Assembly: GCA_963767925.1 (NCBI GenBank)
Contig: CAVYGB010000010.1
Location: forward strand, 960,001-1,024,000
Length of the DNA stretch: 64,000 nucleotides
Source: an uncultured delta proteobacterium
GTDB lineage: Bacteria; Myxococcota_A; Polyangia; Fen-1088
Direction: 5' to 3'
The position numbers were made by a program, and so were the translations under genes. Position 1 is the first letter of the stretch. Each line of letters opens with the position of its first letter. This document shows positions 12,842-24,089 of the stretch, piece after piece. The notes below the pieces were generated by a model. It saw nothing but the letters and a program-made list of their open reading frames with translations. It had not been told where the DNA came from and searched no databases.

Positions 12842-13314
12842 GTGTTTCGCCTGCTGCTCGACGGAGACCTGCCCTGGAGCCTCGATTACGAGGCCAACCT
12901 CTTTCTCGAGCTGTCGCAAGGGCCCCTCGACGCGGGCAAGGACGCCTTCGCGACCTCCGGATCGTTCACCACGCCGTACCGCAGCCGGTATCTGCAGTGG
13001 GACTTCTGGGGCGGTGAGCCGTGCGTGGCCAGATGGGGGTCGACCGCCTGGCCGCCAGTCGCGACTTCGGCCGGGTCGGCGTCACGGTCGGCCGCTTCCC
13101 GATCAGCTACTCGGTCACCTCGCTGTTCGCGCCCAACGACTTCTTCGCCCCCTTCTCGGCCACCAACGTCAATCGGGTCTTCAAGCCCGGGGTGGACGCC
13201 GTGCGGGTGAAGCTGGGTCTGGGGCCCCTGTCGGCGATGGAGGCGGCGGTGGTGCAGAGCGAATTCGGGACGGCTCCTCTGGCGGTCTTCCTCGAAGGCC
13301 GGGTGTCCTTCTGA
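12842..13314 (+). pseudogene. fragment of a putative outer-membrane beta-barrel protein
   Basis: DRLAASRDFGRVGVTVGRFPISYSVTSLFAPNDFFAPF...KPGVDAVRV pattern, split over two frames. Confidence 0.45.
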
Positions 13315-13570
13315 GAGTGCTTGACCGCGGCTCTTCGATGACGAGACCGCGCTGTCGCCTGTCGTTGCTCGACCGCAACCTGGGCCCGGATCACTGGCGG
13401 GCGTTGTCGCTCGAACACGCGCTGGAGCGCCGGCCGCAGCTCTGGAAGCGGCGGGGCCACCCGGGCCGGGCTCCGGCCAGCGGCAGCTTGGTCGACCCAC
13501 GGGGCCGGCCTCCGGGAGGGACGCTCATTTCCGCTCCCGACCTCCCCGGGCGTTATAGAACGACGGGGAA

Positions 13571-16500
13571 TTGGATCACGGCAGCGCCATCGACACGACC
13601 GCCGACGCCCCGCCGGGCGAGGATGCTCGGCGGCCGTTTCCCATCGCGGGCGTGGGTGCCTCGGCGGGTGGGCTGACCGCCACGACCGATCTGCTGCGGC
13701 ACCTGGGGCCGCGACCCGGCATCGCGGTCGTGGTCATCCACCACCTGGACCCCACCCACGAGAGCAGCCTGGTCGAGATCTTCTCCCGGGCGACCCCGCT
13801 GCCGGTGGTGGCCGCCAGCGACGGCCTGCAGCCCGAGCGGGATCACGTCTACGTGGTCCCGCCCAACGCGGTGCTGAGCCTGGCTGGCGGCCGACTGGTC
13901 CTGGCCCGCAGAAGCGACGACGGCGGAGCGCACCTGCCGATCGACAGATCCCTCGAGTCGCTGGCCGCCGAATGGGCGGATCAGGCCCTCGGAGTGGTGC
14001 TGTCGGGGACCGGCTCCGACGGCGCGGCTGGCATCCGGGCGATCAAGACCGCCGGGGGCCTAACCTTCGCTCAGGACGCCAGCGCCGAATACACCAGCAT
14101 GCCGAGCAGCGCCATCGCCACCGGGAGCGTGGACTTCGTGTTGCCGCCCGCCGGCATCGCCCAGGAGCTGGTCAGGAGTGGGCAGCGAGCGCCACTGCTC
14201 GGGACGGCCGGCGACGAGACCGATCTGCACCGGATCATGGCGGCGCTGGCGCGGTCGAGCGGGATCGACTTCGTCAACTACAAGCAGACCACCATCGGCC
14301 GGCGCGTGCAGCGGCGGATCGCCGTCAACCGGCTGCCCGGCCTGCGGGAATACGCCGAGCTGGTCGAGCAGAGCGCCGAGGAGGCACGGGCGTTGCGCGA
14401 CGACGTGCTCATCCACGTCACGACGTTCTTTCGCGATCCCCAGGCCTTCGAGGCGCTCGCGGCCCTGGTCTTTCCCAGGATCCTCGAACATCGGGAGCGG
14501 GGCGCCGCCATCCGGGTCTGGGTGCCGGGCTGCTCGACGGGCGAGGAGGTCTACTCGATCGCGATCTGTCTGCTCGAGCTGATCGCCGAGACGCCAGCGG
14601 CCGATGTCCCCATCAAGCTGTTCGGAACCGACGTCAGCCCCGGCGCCATCGACGCCGCCCGCGCCGGAAAATACCCGCCGGGCATCGAACAGCACGTGTC
14701 TGCCGAGCGCCTGGAGCGCTTTTTCCTGAAGACCGATCAGGGCCATCAGATCAGCAAGCAGGTCCGCGACCTGTGTGTCTTCGCCCGGCACGACGCCACC
14801 CGCGATCCGCCCTTCGCCGGCATGGATCTCATAAGTTGCCGCAATCTGCTCATCTACCTCGGCACCCCGCTGCAGGACCGGCTGCTGCCTGTCTTCCATT
14901 ATGCGCTCAAGGACCCCGGGTTTCTCCTCCTCGGCACCTCCGAGACGATCCGCTCGTTTCCCGGGTTCGTGGCCCTCGACGCCAGGAACCGGATCTACGC
15001 ACGCACGGCGGCGGCGCCCCGGATCCTCCTCGACTTCACCGATCGGCGGATGGCCTCCACCCTGGACCAGGCGCCCGGACCGGTGAGGGCGCCGGACGCC
15101 CTCGAGGTCCAGCGCGAGGCGGATCGGCTGGTGCTGGACGCCTACGCGCCCCCCGGCGTGGTCGTGAGCGAGGAGCTGTCCATCGTCCAGTTCCGGGGAC
15201 GGACCGGCCCGTTTCTCGAGCCGGTACCGGGAGCGGCCAGCTTCGATCTGCTGCGGATGGTGCGCGAGGAGCTGCGCCTGCCCGTGCGGCAAACCCTCGA
15301 CGAGGCCCGGGCCAGCAAGGCCACGGCCCGCCGGGGGGCGGTGCTCCTGAAGCCCGAACCCCGCCAGGTCGAGATCGAGGTCATCCCCTTGCGGGCCGCG
15401 CCCACCGCGCAGCGTTTCTTCGTCGTCCTCTTTCGCGAATCCAGCCCCTGCCGGCCAGGAAGCGGCGCACGATGCGGCCCCGGCCAGCAGCGTTGTCCCC
15501 GGCGACCTGCAGCGGGAGCTGGTGCGGGAGCTGGAGTCCACCCGCGACTACCTCCAGGCGGTCATCGAGCAGCTCGAGGCCAGCAACGAGGAGCTGCGGG
15601 CCGCCAACGAGGAGATCGTCTCGAGCAACGAGGAGCTCCGCAGCACCAACGAAGAGATGCAGATGGCCAAGGAAGAGCTCCAGGCCACCAACCAGGAGCT
15701 CGGCACGACCAACGACGAGCTGGCGGTGCGCAACGCCGAGGCGGCACGGCTCAACGACGATCTGAGCAACGTCCTCAGCAGCGTGGAGATCCCGATCGTA
15801 ATCCTCGACCGCGACCGCCACCTCCGCCGCTTCACGCCGGCGGCGGGCAAGCTGCTACACCTGGCGGCCAGCGACCTCGGGCGACCGATCACCGGCGACC
15901 GGCCGATCCTCGCCGCGCTCGGACTCGAGGTGCCCGTTGGCGAAGGCCTGAACGCGCTCAGGACCGTGGAGAGCGCCATCCAGGACGGACAGGGGAGGTG
16001 GTACCAGCTCGCGGTGCGGCCCTACCTCACGCTCGACAACCGGATCGACGGGATTGTCATCAGCGCCATCGACATCGACACGCTGAAGCGGGGCTCCCAG
16101 CGCCTGGCCGAAGCGCGACAGTACGCGGAGGGCATCGTCGACACCGTCCGCGAGTGCCTCCTCGTGCTCGATGCCGACCTGCGCGTGCGCTCCGCGAACC
16201 GGGCGTTCCACCGAACGTTCGGGGTGGGCGCCGCGGAGATCGAGGGCCGGCGCCTCGACGAGCTGGGACGGGGGGAGTGGAACGTCCCCGCGCTGATGGA
16301 GCGCCTCGAGCGGCTGGGCGAGGCCGACAAGCTCGAGGGCTACGAGCTTGACCGGGAGTTCCCACGCGCCGGGCGGCGGGTGTTCCTGGTCAACGCCCGC
16401 CGCATCGAGCAGACCGCCTCGATCCTGGTCGCGCTCGACGACGTCACCGAGAGCCAGCGGATCGAGCAGGCGGTGGCCCAGGTCGAGAGCGGGTTCCGGC

Positions 16501-17561
16501 AGATGCTCACCAGCATCGCCGAGGCCATCGTCCTGACCGATGGGCAGGGGCGAATCGTCTTTGCCAACGAGGAGGCGGCGGCGATGTTCGGCTACTCGAC
16601 CGCCGAGCTTCTCCAGATGTTCGAACACGCTCTCTTTCCGGAGGGCTTGCGCGAGCACCACGGCCGGCTCCGGGCGGAGGTCCTCTCCGGGCAACCGCCA
16701 CACCGGGCCGGAGGTCAGAGCGACCTGCTGGGCCGCCGCAAGGACGGCAGGGAGTTTCCCCTCAAGCTGGTGCTCGGCTCCATGCGCCAGGCGGACGAGC
16801 CCCTGGTGATGGGCTTCTTCTCCGACATCACGCGCCGCCGGGATGCCGAGCGAAAGCTCGCCGATTACCAGGACAAGCTTCGGCGGAGCATGTTCGAGAC
16901 CGCCCGGGCCGAGGACCGCGAGCGGCGCCGCATCGCCACCGATCTGCACGACCGGATCGGCCAGTCGCTCTCGCTCGCCCAGATCAAGCTGGCGTCGATC
17001 CGGGACCGGGTGACGGGTCCTGCCCGCCCCGCGGTCGACGGCGCCGTCGAGCTGATCGAGCAGTCGGTCGCCGACACGCGCACCTTGATCTTCGAGCTCA
17101 GCCCGCCCGTGCTCTATGACCTCGGCCTCAAGGCGGCGCTCTCCTGGCTGGCCGAGGACCTGGAAACGCGCCAGGGGATCCGGATCGCCCTGGCCGACGA
17201 CGGGGCCCCCAAGCCCCTCGACGACGCCACCGCGGCGCTGCTGTTCCGGGCCGTGCGCGAGCTGCTGCTGAACGTGCTGAAGCACGCCCGCACGCCCACG
17301 GCCAGGCTGTCGCTGCGGCGGGCCGGCGACCAGGTCGAGATCGACGTCGAGGATCGGGGCGTGGGCTTCGACCCGGAGGAGGTCGCCTCTCCGTCCGCGG
17401 GAGGCGGCTTCGGTCTGTTCAGCGTGCGCGAGCAGATCGCGCGCCTGGGCGGCGCGGTCGAGATCACCTCCCGGCGCGGCGAGGGAACCCGGATCAGGAT
17501 GCGGGTCCCGCTCGGTCCGGACCGGCCGCTGGACCCGACCCCGAAGGAGGAGACGCGGTGA
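13571..17561 (+). CDS. CheB methylesterase-CheR methyltransferase-PAS-HisKA_3 hybrid sensor kinase; frameshift near 15450
   Basis: CheB GVGASAGG, HHLDP, GTGSDG; CheR IHVTTFFRD, WVPGCSTGEEVYS, DLISCRNLLIY; coiled coil EELRSTNEE; PAS domains; ERRRIATDLHDRIGQSL, RELLLNVLKHA, DRGVGF, GFGLFSVRE. Confidence 0.9.
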
Positions 17562-18196
17562 AGATCTTGATCGCCGACGACCACAAGATGATGCGCGATG
17601 GCCTGCGGGCGATCCTCGAGAAAGAGGGGCTCGAAATCGTGGCAGAGGCGGCCAGCGGCCGCGAGGCGGTGGCGCTCGCGCTCGCGGCACACCCGGACGT
17701 GGTGGTCATGGACATCACCATGCCCGAGCTCAACGGCGTGGATGCTACCCGGCGCCTGGTGGCGGAGATCCCCGGCATCAAGGTGATCGCGCTCTCCATG
17801 AACGCCGACCAGCGGTACGTAATCGCGATGTTCAAGGCCGGCGCCGCCGGCTACCTGCTGAAGAACGCGGCGGCGGACGAGCTGCTCCAGGCGATCCGGG
17901 CCGTCGTGGGCGGGCAAACCTTCGTGAGCCCGGGAATCGCCTCCGTCGTGGTCGAGAGCCTCGTCGCCGGCCACCGTTCCGGGGTCAAACCGGGCAAGAC
18001 GCTGAGCCCCCGCGAGCGGGAGGTGCTGCAGCTCCTGGCCGAGGGGAGGTCCTCGAAGGAGATCGCCACGCGCCTGCAGCTCGCGCTGCCCACCGTGGAG
18101 ACCCACCGGCGCCAGATCATGGACAAGCTGGGGCTGCGGAGCGTCGCCGAGCTGACCAAATACGCCATCCGCGAGGGTCTGACCTCCGTGTCGTGA
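17558..18196 (+). CDS. NarL/FixJ-family response regulator (REC-LuxR HTH)
   Basis: KILIADDH, DVVVMDITMPELNG, LSPREREVLQLLAEG, TVETHRRQIMDKL; GTGA overlap with the kinase stop. Confidence 0.95.
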   Translation: MKILIADDHKMMRDGLRAILEKEGLEIVAEAASGREAVALALAAHPDVVVMDITMPELNGVDATRRLVAEIPGIKVIALSMNADQRYVIAMFKAGAAGYLLKNAAADELLQAIRAVVGGQTFVSPGIASVVVESLVAGHRSGVKPGKTLSPREREVLQLLAEGRSSKEIATRLQLALPTVETHRRQIMDKLGLRSVAELTKYAIREGLTSVS

Positions 18197-18453
18197 CCCG
18201 CCTCCCCTGGTTTCCGGGCCGCGCATCATCGATCATGGGGATGTTTCGCCGCGCCGGGCCGGGCGACTGTGCGCCCGGTCGTGATGGCGGGAGGGGACAA
18301 CGGAGCGAGAGCAGGTGCCGGAAGGGCGCGCCCTTCCGGCACCTGCCACCTCGCGATCCTCGGTGAAAAGAGAGAACCGCACGATGGCCGGCCGCCGGGC
18401 GAGGACCCATCTTGAGGTGGCGACGGGGCTTGGAAACTCGATGGGAGGGGACG

Positions 18454-18759
18454 ATGCGCTTTTCAGACAACAGCATCCGGGGACGAACGGTGATCGCAGG
18501 AGACGGACAGGTGCTCGGCGAGATCATCGCCGTCCACTTCGACAGCGAGGGATGGCGGGTAGAGGCCATCGGGCTCAAGCTTCGCAAGGATGTGGCCGAC
18601 CAGCTAGGTGCCCATCGCAGCGTATTTCAGGCTGGCGAGCTCGAGCTTCCGGTCGGGACCATACAGTCGGTCGGCGAGACCGTGATCCTGTCGGTGGCCA
18701 TGCCCGAGCTGCAGAGCCTGATACCCAGCGACGGGGCTGACGCCGCCGCGAGCTCCTGA
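18454..18759 (+). CDS. PRC-barrel domain protein
   Basis: GGAGGG RBS; IRGRTVIAGDGQVLGEI...LPVGTIQSVGETVIL is the PRC-barrel pattern. Confidence 0.8.
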   Translation: MRFSDNSIRGRTVIAGDGQVLGEIIAVHFDSEGWRVEAIGLKLRKDVADQLGAHRSVFQAGELELPVGTIQSVGETVILSVAMPELQSLIPSDGADAAASS

Positions 18760-19123
18760 ACCAGCCGCCGCGCTCGGCTCGGGCGTCCCGGCGACGCTCC
18801 GTGGCCGCGCTGCACGGCGCGCTGGCTGGCAAAGGAAAGGATCAGGGTGAAAGGGCCGGCGAGACACGATCGGCAGGCAAGCACCTCGGGGGCAGACGCA
18901 ACGACCGCCAGGCGATGAGCTGGCTCGTCGCGGGTCGCGTCAGCGTCCCGCCAGCGCCGAGATGACCCCTGCCGAAACTTTCGCCTGAATCCTCGATATC
19001 GATGACCAATCGGGCTGAAACCGATGACCACGCGCCGTCTTCGAGCGACGCCTGTTCAGGCTGGGCGGCGCGGCGATCAGGCGGGTCTTCTCGCCGGCGA
19101 GCCAGACCTGATCGAGGATTCCC

Positions 19124-19984
19124 TCAGGCACCGCCAGCGCCGAGAGGACGCGGCGCGGCGCCGTCCCCGGCGTCCAGTTGCCGGTGCAGGACCGCCGGCG
19201 GCTTGACCCCGGCTTGCCGGAGCCCCTCCATGACGCGCTCGGTGACGTCGGTCTCGAGGGCCTTTTCGTACTTCACGTCGAGCACGTAGACCTTGGCCCG
19301 CAGGCGCACGGCGAAGTAGTTGCCCTCGATGACCTGGTTGACCAGCACCGTCCAGGGCTTCTTGAGGAAGGCGAAGCGGCTGGAGGTGATGGCGTCGGCC
19401 ACCACCTGCTTGGCCCGGGCGAAGTCCTGATCGACGCCGATGAAGAAGTCCATCTGGATCAACATGTCCAGGGCGCCGGCGTTGCCGCTCGACACCACGT
19501 CGGTCAGGAACTTGCTGTTCGGGATGGTGACCAGGTTGTCGTCGAGGGTCTGGAGGCGCACCGAGCGCAAGCCGATGGAGGTGATCTCGCCGTAGGTACC
19601 GGCGAAGGTGACCCGGTCGCCCACCTGGAACGGCCGGTCGACCAGGATGATGACGCCGGCGATCACCGAGGCGACCAGGTCCTTGGCGGCGAAACCGAAG
19701 GCCACCGCCATCGACCCGCCCAGGGCCAGCAGCAGCTTGTCCGACACCTGGAAGGACAGGAAGAAGCCGCCGACCAGGGCGGCGATGTAGAGGAAAAAGC
19801 GGATGAAGGTGCCGGCCTGCTGGACCAGGAGCCGACGCTCGGTGAACCGGTTGCCCAGCCGGATGAAGGCGCGGTTCACGGTCTGGCCGACGAACCAGGC
19901 CGCCAGGAGCAGCAATGCCGAGGAGAACAGGCCACCGACGCGAAGGAACGAGAAGATGTTACCGATGCTCTCTGGGCTGTCCAT
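19124..19984 (-). CDS. mscS: small-conductance mechanosensitive channel (MscS family)
   Basis: GGGAGG RBS then MDSPES...; FAAKDLVASVIAGVIILVDRPFQVGDRV...GEITSIGLRSVRLQTLDDNLVTIPNS. Confidence 0.9.
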   Translation of the reverse strand: MDSPESIGNIFSFLRVGGLFSSALLLLAAWFVGQTVNRAFIRLGNRFTERRLLVQQAGTFIRFFLYIAALVGGFFLSFQVSDKLLLALGGSMAVAFGFAAKDLVASVIAGVIILVDRPFQVGDRVTFAGTYGEITSIGLRSVRLQTLDDNLVTIPNSKFLTDVVSSGNAGALDMLIQMDFFIGVDQDFARAKQVVADAITSSRFAFLKKPWTVLVNQVIEGNYFAVRLRAKVYVLDVKYEKALETDVTERVMEGLRQAGVKPPAVLHRQLDAGDGAAPRPLGAGGA

Positions 19985-20019
19985 GTGCCTCCCGGCGCCG
20001 GTGGGCGCGGTTCGCTGTT

Positions 20020-23000
20020 CTATGAATGCACGAGGTGCTTGCGGCGCAGGTAGCGCACGACGGCGGGGTTCCAGAAGGGGGTCACGCGGTAACGCCCTCC
20101 GGCCAGGGCGAGCACGCCCTGTAGCCGCAATGCCTCGAGCGCGATCTCGCAGGCCGCGACCGGGAAGTGGGCCACCCGGGCGGCCTCGCCGGCGGTGAGG
20201 TTCTCCTGGGTCAACAGGGCCGCGAGCACGAAGCGGCTGCGCTCGGGCAACACTTCCAGCGCATCGGCCGTCGGCACCGGCGTCGCGCGCACCGTCACGG
20301 TGCCCACCGCCGTTTCGCGCAGGGAGCGAGCCCAGAAGTTGAGCGCCACCCGGGGCACGCCATCCGAGCGGTCCACCAGCATCCGGATCAGCGCATCGCC
20401 GCCGCGCGGGAGCACCCCCTGATCGCGCTGATCGTCCGCCAGCCCGCTGGCGGCGCCTTCCTCCAGGACGGCCCGATACCCCGAGACCTCGAACCGGCGG
20501 CGCAGGAGGGCCCGCACATCGTCTTCGTTCCAGGGCGGGAGGCGCTTGACGTCGAACACGTCCCTCGCGCGGCTGACGTTCTCCGCGTACTCCCAGGGAT
20601 AGCGGGCGAACGCGCATACCCAGGCGGCGCTGGCCGACGTGCGACCGATCAGGTCGGTGAAGGCCGAAAACGCCTCCAGCCCCCGCACCGCGCGCAGCAC
20701 CAGGTTCTGGCACAGATCGAGGAGCAGCAGGCGCGGCGGCCCGGCCCGCAGCGCCGCCACCAGGTCCTCGACCGACGTGACGCCGGTGAGACCCAGGTGC
20801 CGGCAAAGCGCCTCGATGAGCGCCTCCGGGGTCAAGCTGCGTTCGTCGAAAGCAGCCGTCACCACAGGCCCCCTGCGGGGCCTGCCGGCGGCCGAGCTCG
20901 GCGAGCCAGGTGGACTTGCCGCCGCCCCGATCGCCCACCAGGGCCACTGCCACGGCGGGGCCGCCCGCGCGCCACGCCAGCAGGCGGCGCTCGACCTCGT
21001 CCAGGTGGGGAAAATGATCGATGATCAGCGCGGGAGGCGGCGGATCCTCGGTGAGAGCCTGGACCAGCGCCGGAGGGAGCTCCGGCCAGGCCAGGGACTC
21101 TCCCAGCCCCACGGTGGCATGGGAGCGGCGCTCGAGCAGGAACATGATCGCCTGCCGAGCGTGGCGAAAGCGCAGCACGACGTCTCCCAGGGAGCGGACC
21201 AGGCCGCGCCCGGCCACGTACCCGAACGCCGCGAAGGTCACGAAGAAGCCGGTGCGGCGGTGCCGGTGTCGCTTGACCGCCTCTGCCAGCCGGCCCTGGG
21301 GATACGCTTTCAGATAGGCCTCGGCGATGTCGTCGCGCCATCTCCGGATCTGGATGAAGCCGATGGGCAGCGCCCCTACCCAGAAGAAGTCGACCACCAG
21401 CTCGTAGAGATACCCGCGGCCGACCAGGCGGCCGGCGACGGTCAGGAAGATGACCACCGCCAGCAGATAGAGGCCCAGCATCCGCACCGATCCGAGAATC
21501 CGGGCCGACAGCACCGGCGGGATCTCGAGCAAGTTCCCCGCCGCCGAGTTGGTGAGCAGGTTGTGCGCCAGACTCAGCAACACGCAGTACCAGGCGTAGG
21601 CCAGCAGCAGCGCCCGGATCAGCACCAGCTCGGGGCTGCCGGCATAGCTCACCACGGCGAAGCCCAGGTACACGGTGGCCAGCAGGATGACGGCCGGCGC
21701 GACCTCCGCGGTAAAACCCAGCCAGCGCGCCGTGAAGATGCGCAAGGTGGGGCTGGTCATGCGGCTGCGCAGGGCCGTCCGCCACCGGCGCAGGTAGTCC
21801 GCGAACCGCCTTCGCAGGAAGATCGCGACCACCACGACCACCAGGATCCTGGCGAGGCCCGCGGCCATCGACCCCGCCACCGCCCGCGCGCCACTGTCGC
21901 GGATACTGTCGATCTGCCGCAGGCGGCCGCGGACGTGGTAGCGGGTCATCAGAGCGAGCTGGTCCAGCTCCCGCCGGAGCTGGGCCAGCCCCCGAGATCC
22001 GAAGCCGAGCACCGCCCGGCGCTCGCCGCGGGACAGGCGCGGTAGCAGGTCGATCCGCAGCTCGTTGAGGCCCTCGACGTCCCGGGCCAGGTCGGTGAGG
22101 TGATTCCACCGGGCCGAGCGCTCCTGGTCCAGCAGCTCCCTCTCGATGCGCGCGACGTCGGCGAGCGCGGCCTCCAGCTCCCGCCGATCCGCGGCCAGGC
22201 CGGGCGCCGCGAAGGACGTGCCGGCCAGGTCGAGGCTCCGCCGGAACGGCACCACCCGATCCGCCCGGCCGAGCTCCCCGAGGGCGGCCCGCAGGCGGTC
22301 GCGACGGCTGGAAAGCCGGGTCAAGATCTCGGCGTAGATCCGGTCTGCTTCCGCCTCCGGAAGCGCCGGGGCCTGGACCTTGCGCGCGACCTGCTCGTCC
22401 TGTTCCAGATGCGCCCGGGCCTCGGCCGCCTGCCGCGCCTGCTCGGCGCCGAGCTCGCCGCGCAGGCCGGCCAGCGTGGCCCGGGCAGCCTCCACCCGGG
22501 CCCGCTCGCTGGCGACGGCCTTGAGAGCCCCGTCCGTGGCGCCCCTGGCCCTCGCCAGGGCCGCGCTGCGGGCGCGTTCCGCCGACAGCTCGGCGCTGCG
22601 CGCCTCCTGGCGCGATTGCCGGGCCGACGCCTCGGCGGCCTCGACGCGGCTTCTTTGCGCGTCGGCCTCGAGCAGGCGCCGCCGCTGTTCGCCCGGGCGC
22701 TCGAGGAACGACAGCCGAAGGCGATCGCGACGCAGGCTGAGGCGCGCCTCCGTCACCGTCTCGGGCGGGGCGTCCAGGACACCACCGTCCGCCCCCGCGT
22801 CGCCGCCGGCCCCCTTCGGACCCGCCGCGGCGGCCCCCCCGCCGTCGGTGGGGCCGGGTCGAGACCCCGCGCGCGGGGTCGCCGGATCGGACCGGCGGCG
22901 CCCGGAGGCTCCGCGGGCTCCCCGGCCCTCCACCGCGAGGGCGTCGCCGGCCAGCAAGCCTGCGTCTCGGCTGTCCGCCGCTGTCGCGTCCGGCGTCCGC

Positions 23001-23278
23001 ATGGCCGCCAGGTCGACCTCGGACGCCGCGATGGACCGGCGCAGGCTCGCGATCCGGCGACCGACGTCCGCCTCGCTGGCCAGATCCACCTCGAACAGGC
23101 TCTGGACCGGCACGCCGTCGGGCAGCTCGTCGCGCGCCAGCGCCTCGAGCGCGGCGATGTCGCGCAGGAGCTGGGCCTCGATCCCGTCGCCTGCGGCCGG
23201 CTCGGGCGCCGCCACGGCCAGCAGCCCCAGCGCGCTCGAAAGCATCAGCCCCCCGAGCGCCCGGAGCACCGCCCTCAT
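20020..23278 (-). CDS. large membrane protein: signal peptide, long coiled coil, multi-TM region, then P-loop NTPase-like C-terminus; frameshift near 20870
   Basis: MRAVLRALGG... start overlaps the upstream gene stop; several hydrophobic helices; VALVGDRGGGKSTWL Walker A; the C-terminus continues in ORF 20020-20865 (LLLLDLCQNL...). Confidence 0.75.
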
Positions 23279-23955
23279 GGAGCGGTCCGCGTTTCCTCGA
23301 CCCGCAGGACGGCTTGCTCGATCTCCAGCACCAGGGTCCCCAGGCGTGACTCGAGCCCCATGACAGGCACCACCACGAGCCGGCCCTCGCCAGCGCCCGC
23401 CACCTTCTGGATTCCCGCCGACTCGACCGGCAACTCCGGCACCAGCCGGGCCAGCGACTCGCCGCGCTCGGCCCGATCGCCCGAGGCGATCACGGTGCCG
23501 TCGCTGCTGGCCACCAGGGCCCGTCGGATGTGGGGCCGCTTGACCAGGCGTTGCATGTACTCCTGGATGTCCTCGACGTCGTCGCGCACCATCTCCGCGC
23601 GGACCGCCCACTCGGTGGTCACCGCCGCCAGATCCAGGCTCTGCTCCGCCGCCAGGTCGAGGTCCTGCTGCAGCCGCGCGACCAGGTCCTTCTCGGCCCG
23701 GCGGGCCGCTCCGCTCGCGCGGCGAAGGCTGATCCTGCGCCACCCGTACATGGCCAGCGCCGTCCCGGCCCAGACCGCCAGGGCGGCGAACAGCAGCGCC
23801 TCGGGGTTCGCGGACCCGACCCAGACGAGGATCCGGCTGCGACCGATGAGGTAGGCGAGGGCGAAGACGCCGGCGGCGATGAGAACGAAGAGCCACACCC
23901 GGCGCGGCCTCGTGGTCGTCGGGACAGGTGGCAAGGTGGTGACCTCGGTAGACAA
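23275..23955 (-). CDS. hypothetical membrane protein (two TM helices plus a sensor-like soluble domain)
   Basis: AAGGAG-8 nt-TTG start; two hydrophobic segments; ATGA overlap with the downstream gene. Confidence 0.6.
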   Translation of the reverse strand: MSTEVTTLPPVPTTTRPRRVWLFVLIAAGVFALAYLIGRSRILVWVGSANPEALLFAALAVWAGTALAMYGWRRISLRRASGAARRAEKDLVARLQQDLDLAAEQSLDLAAVTTEWAVRAEMVRDDVEDIQEYMQRLVKRPHIRRALVASSDGTVIASGDRAERGESLARLVPELPVESAGIQKVAGAGEGRLVVVPVMGLESRLGTLVLEIEQAVLRVEETRTAP

Positions 23956-24089
23956 GGGTGGATCTCCTTGGCCGCCGAACCTATCAGAACTCGGATGACG
24001 ATGCCGCCGCCGAGCTCGATGGCGCCACGGCGCTGTTGCCAACTTTACAAACGAAGGCCCGTCTGTTGGGGTGCCGCGTGGTCTCTTTC

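Noticed and set aside
18760..19123. Intergenic palindrome TCGATATCGA and short ORFs between the PRC-barrel gene and mscS
   Set aside because: A single 10-bp palindrome and motif-less ORFs; insufficient support.
19124..23896. Apparent 1590-aa giant MscS fusion
   Set aside because: The ORF strings together off-frame sequence, the large membrane protein and MscS because of an indel near 20870. MscS has its own RBS and ATG at 19984 and the partner ends at 20020.
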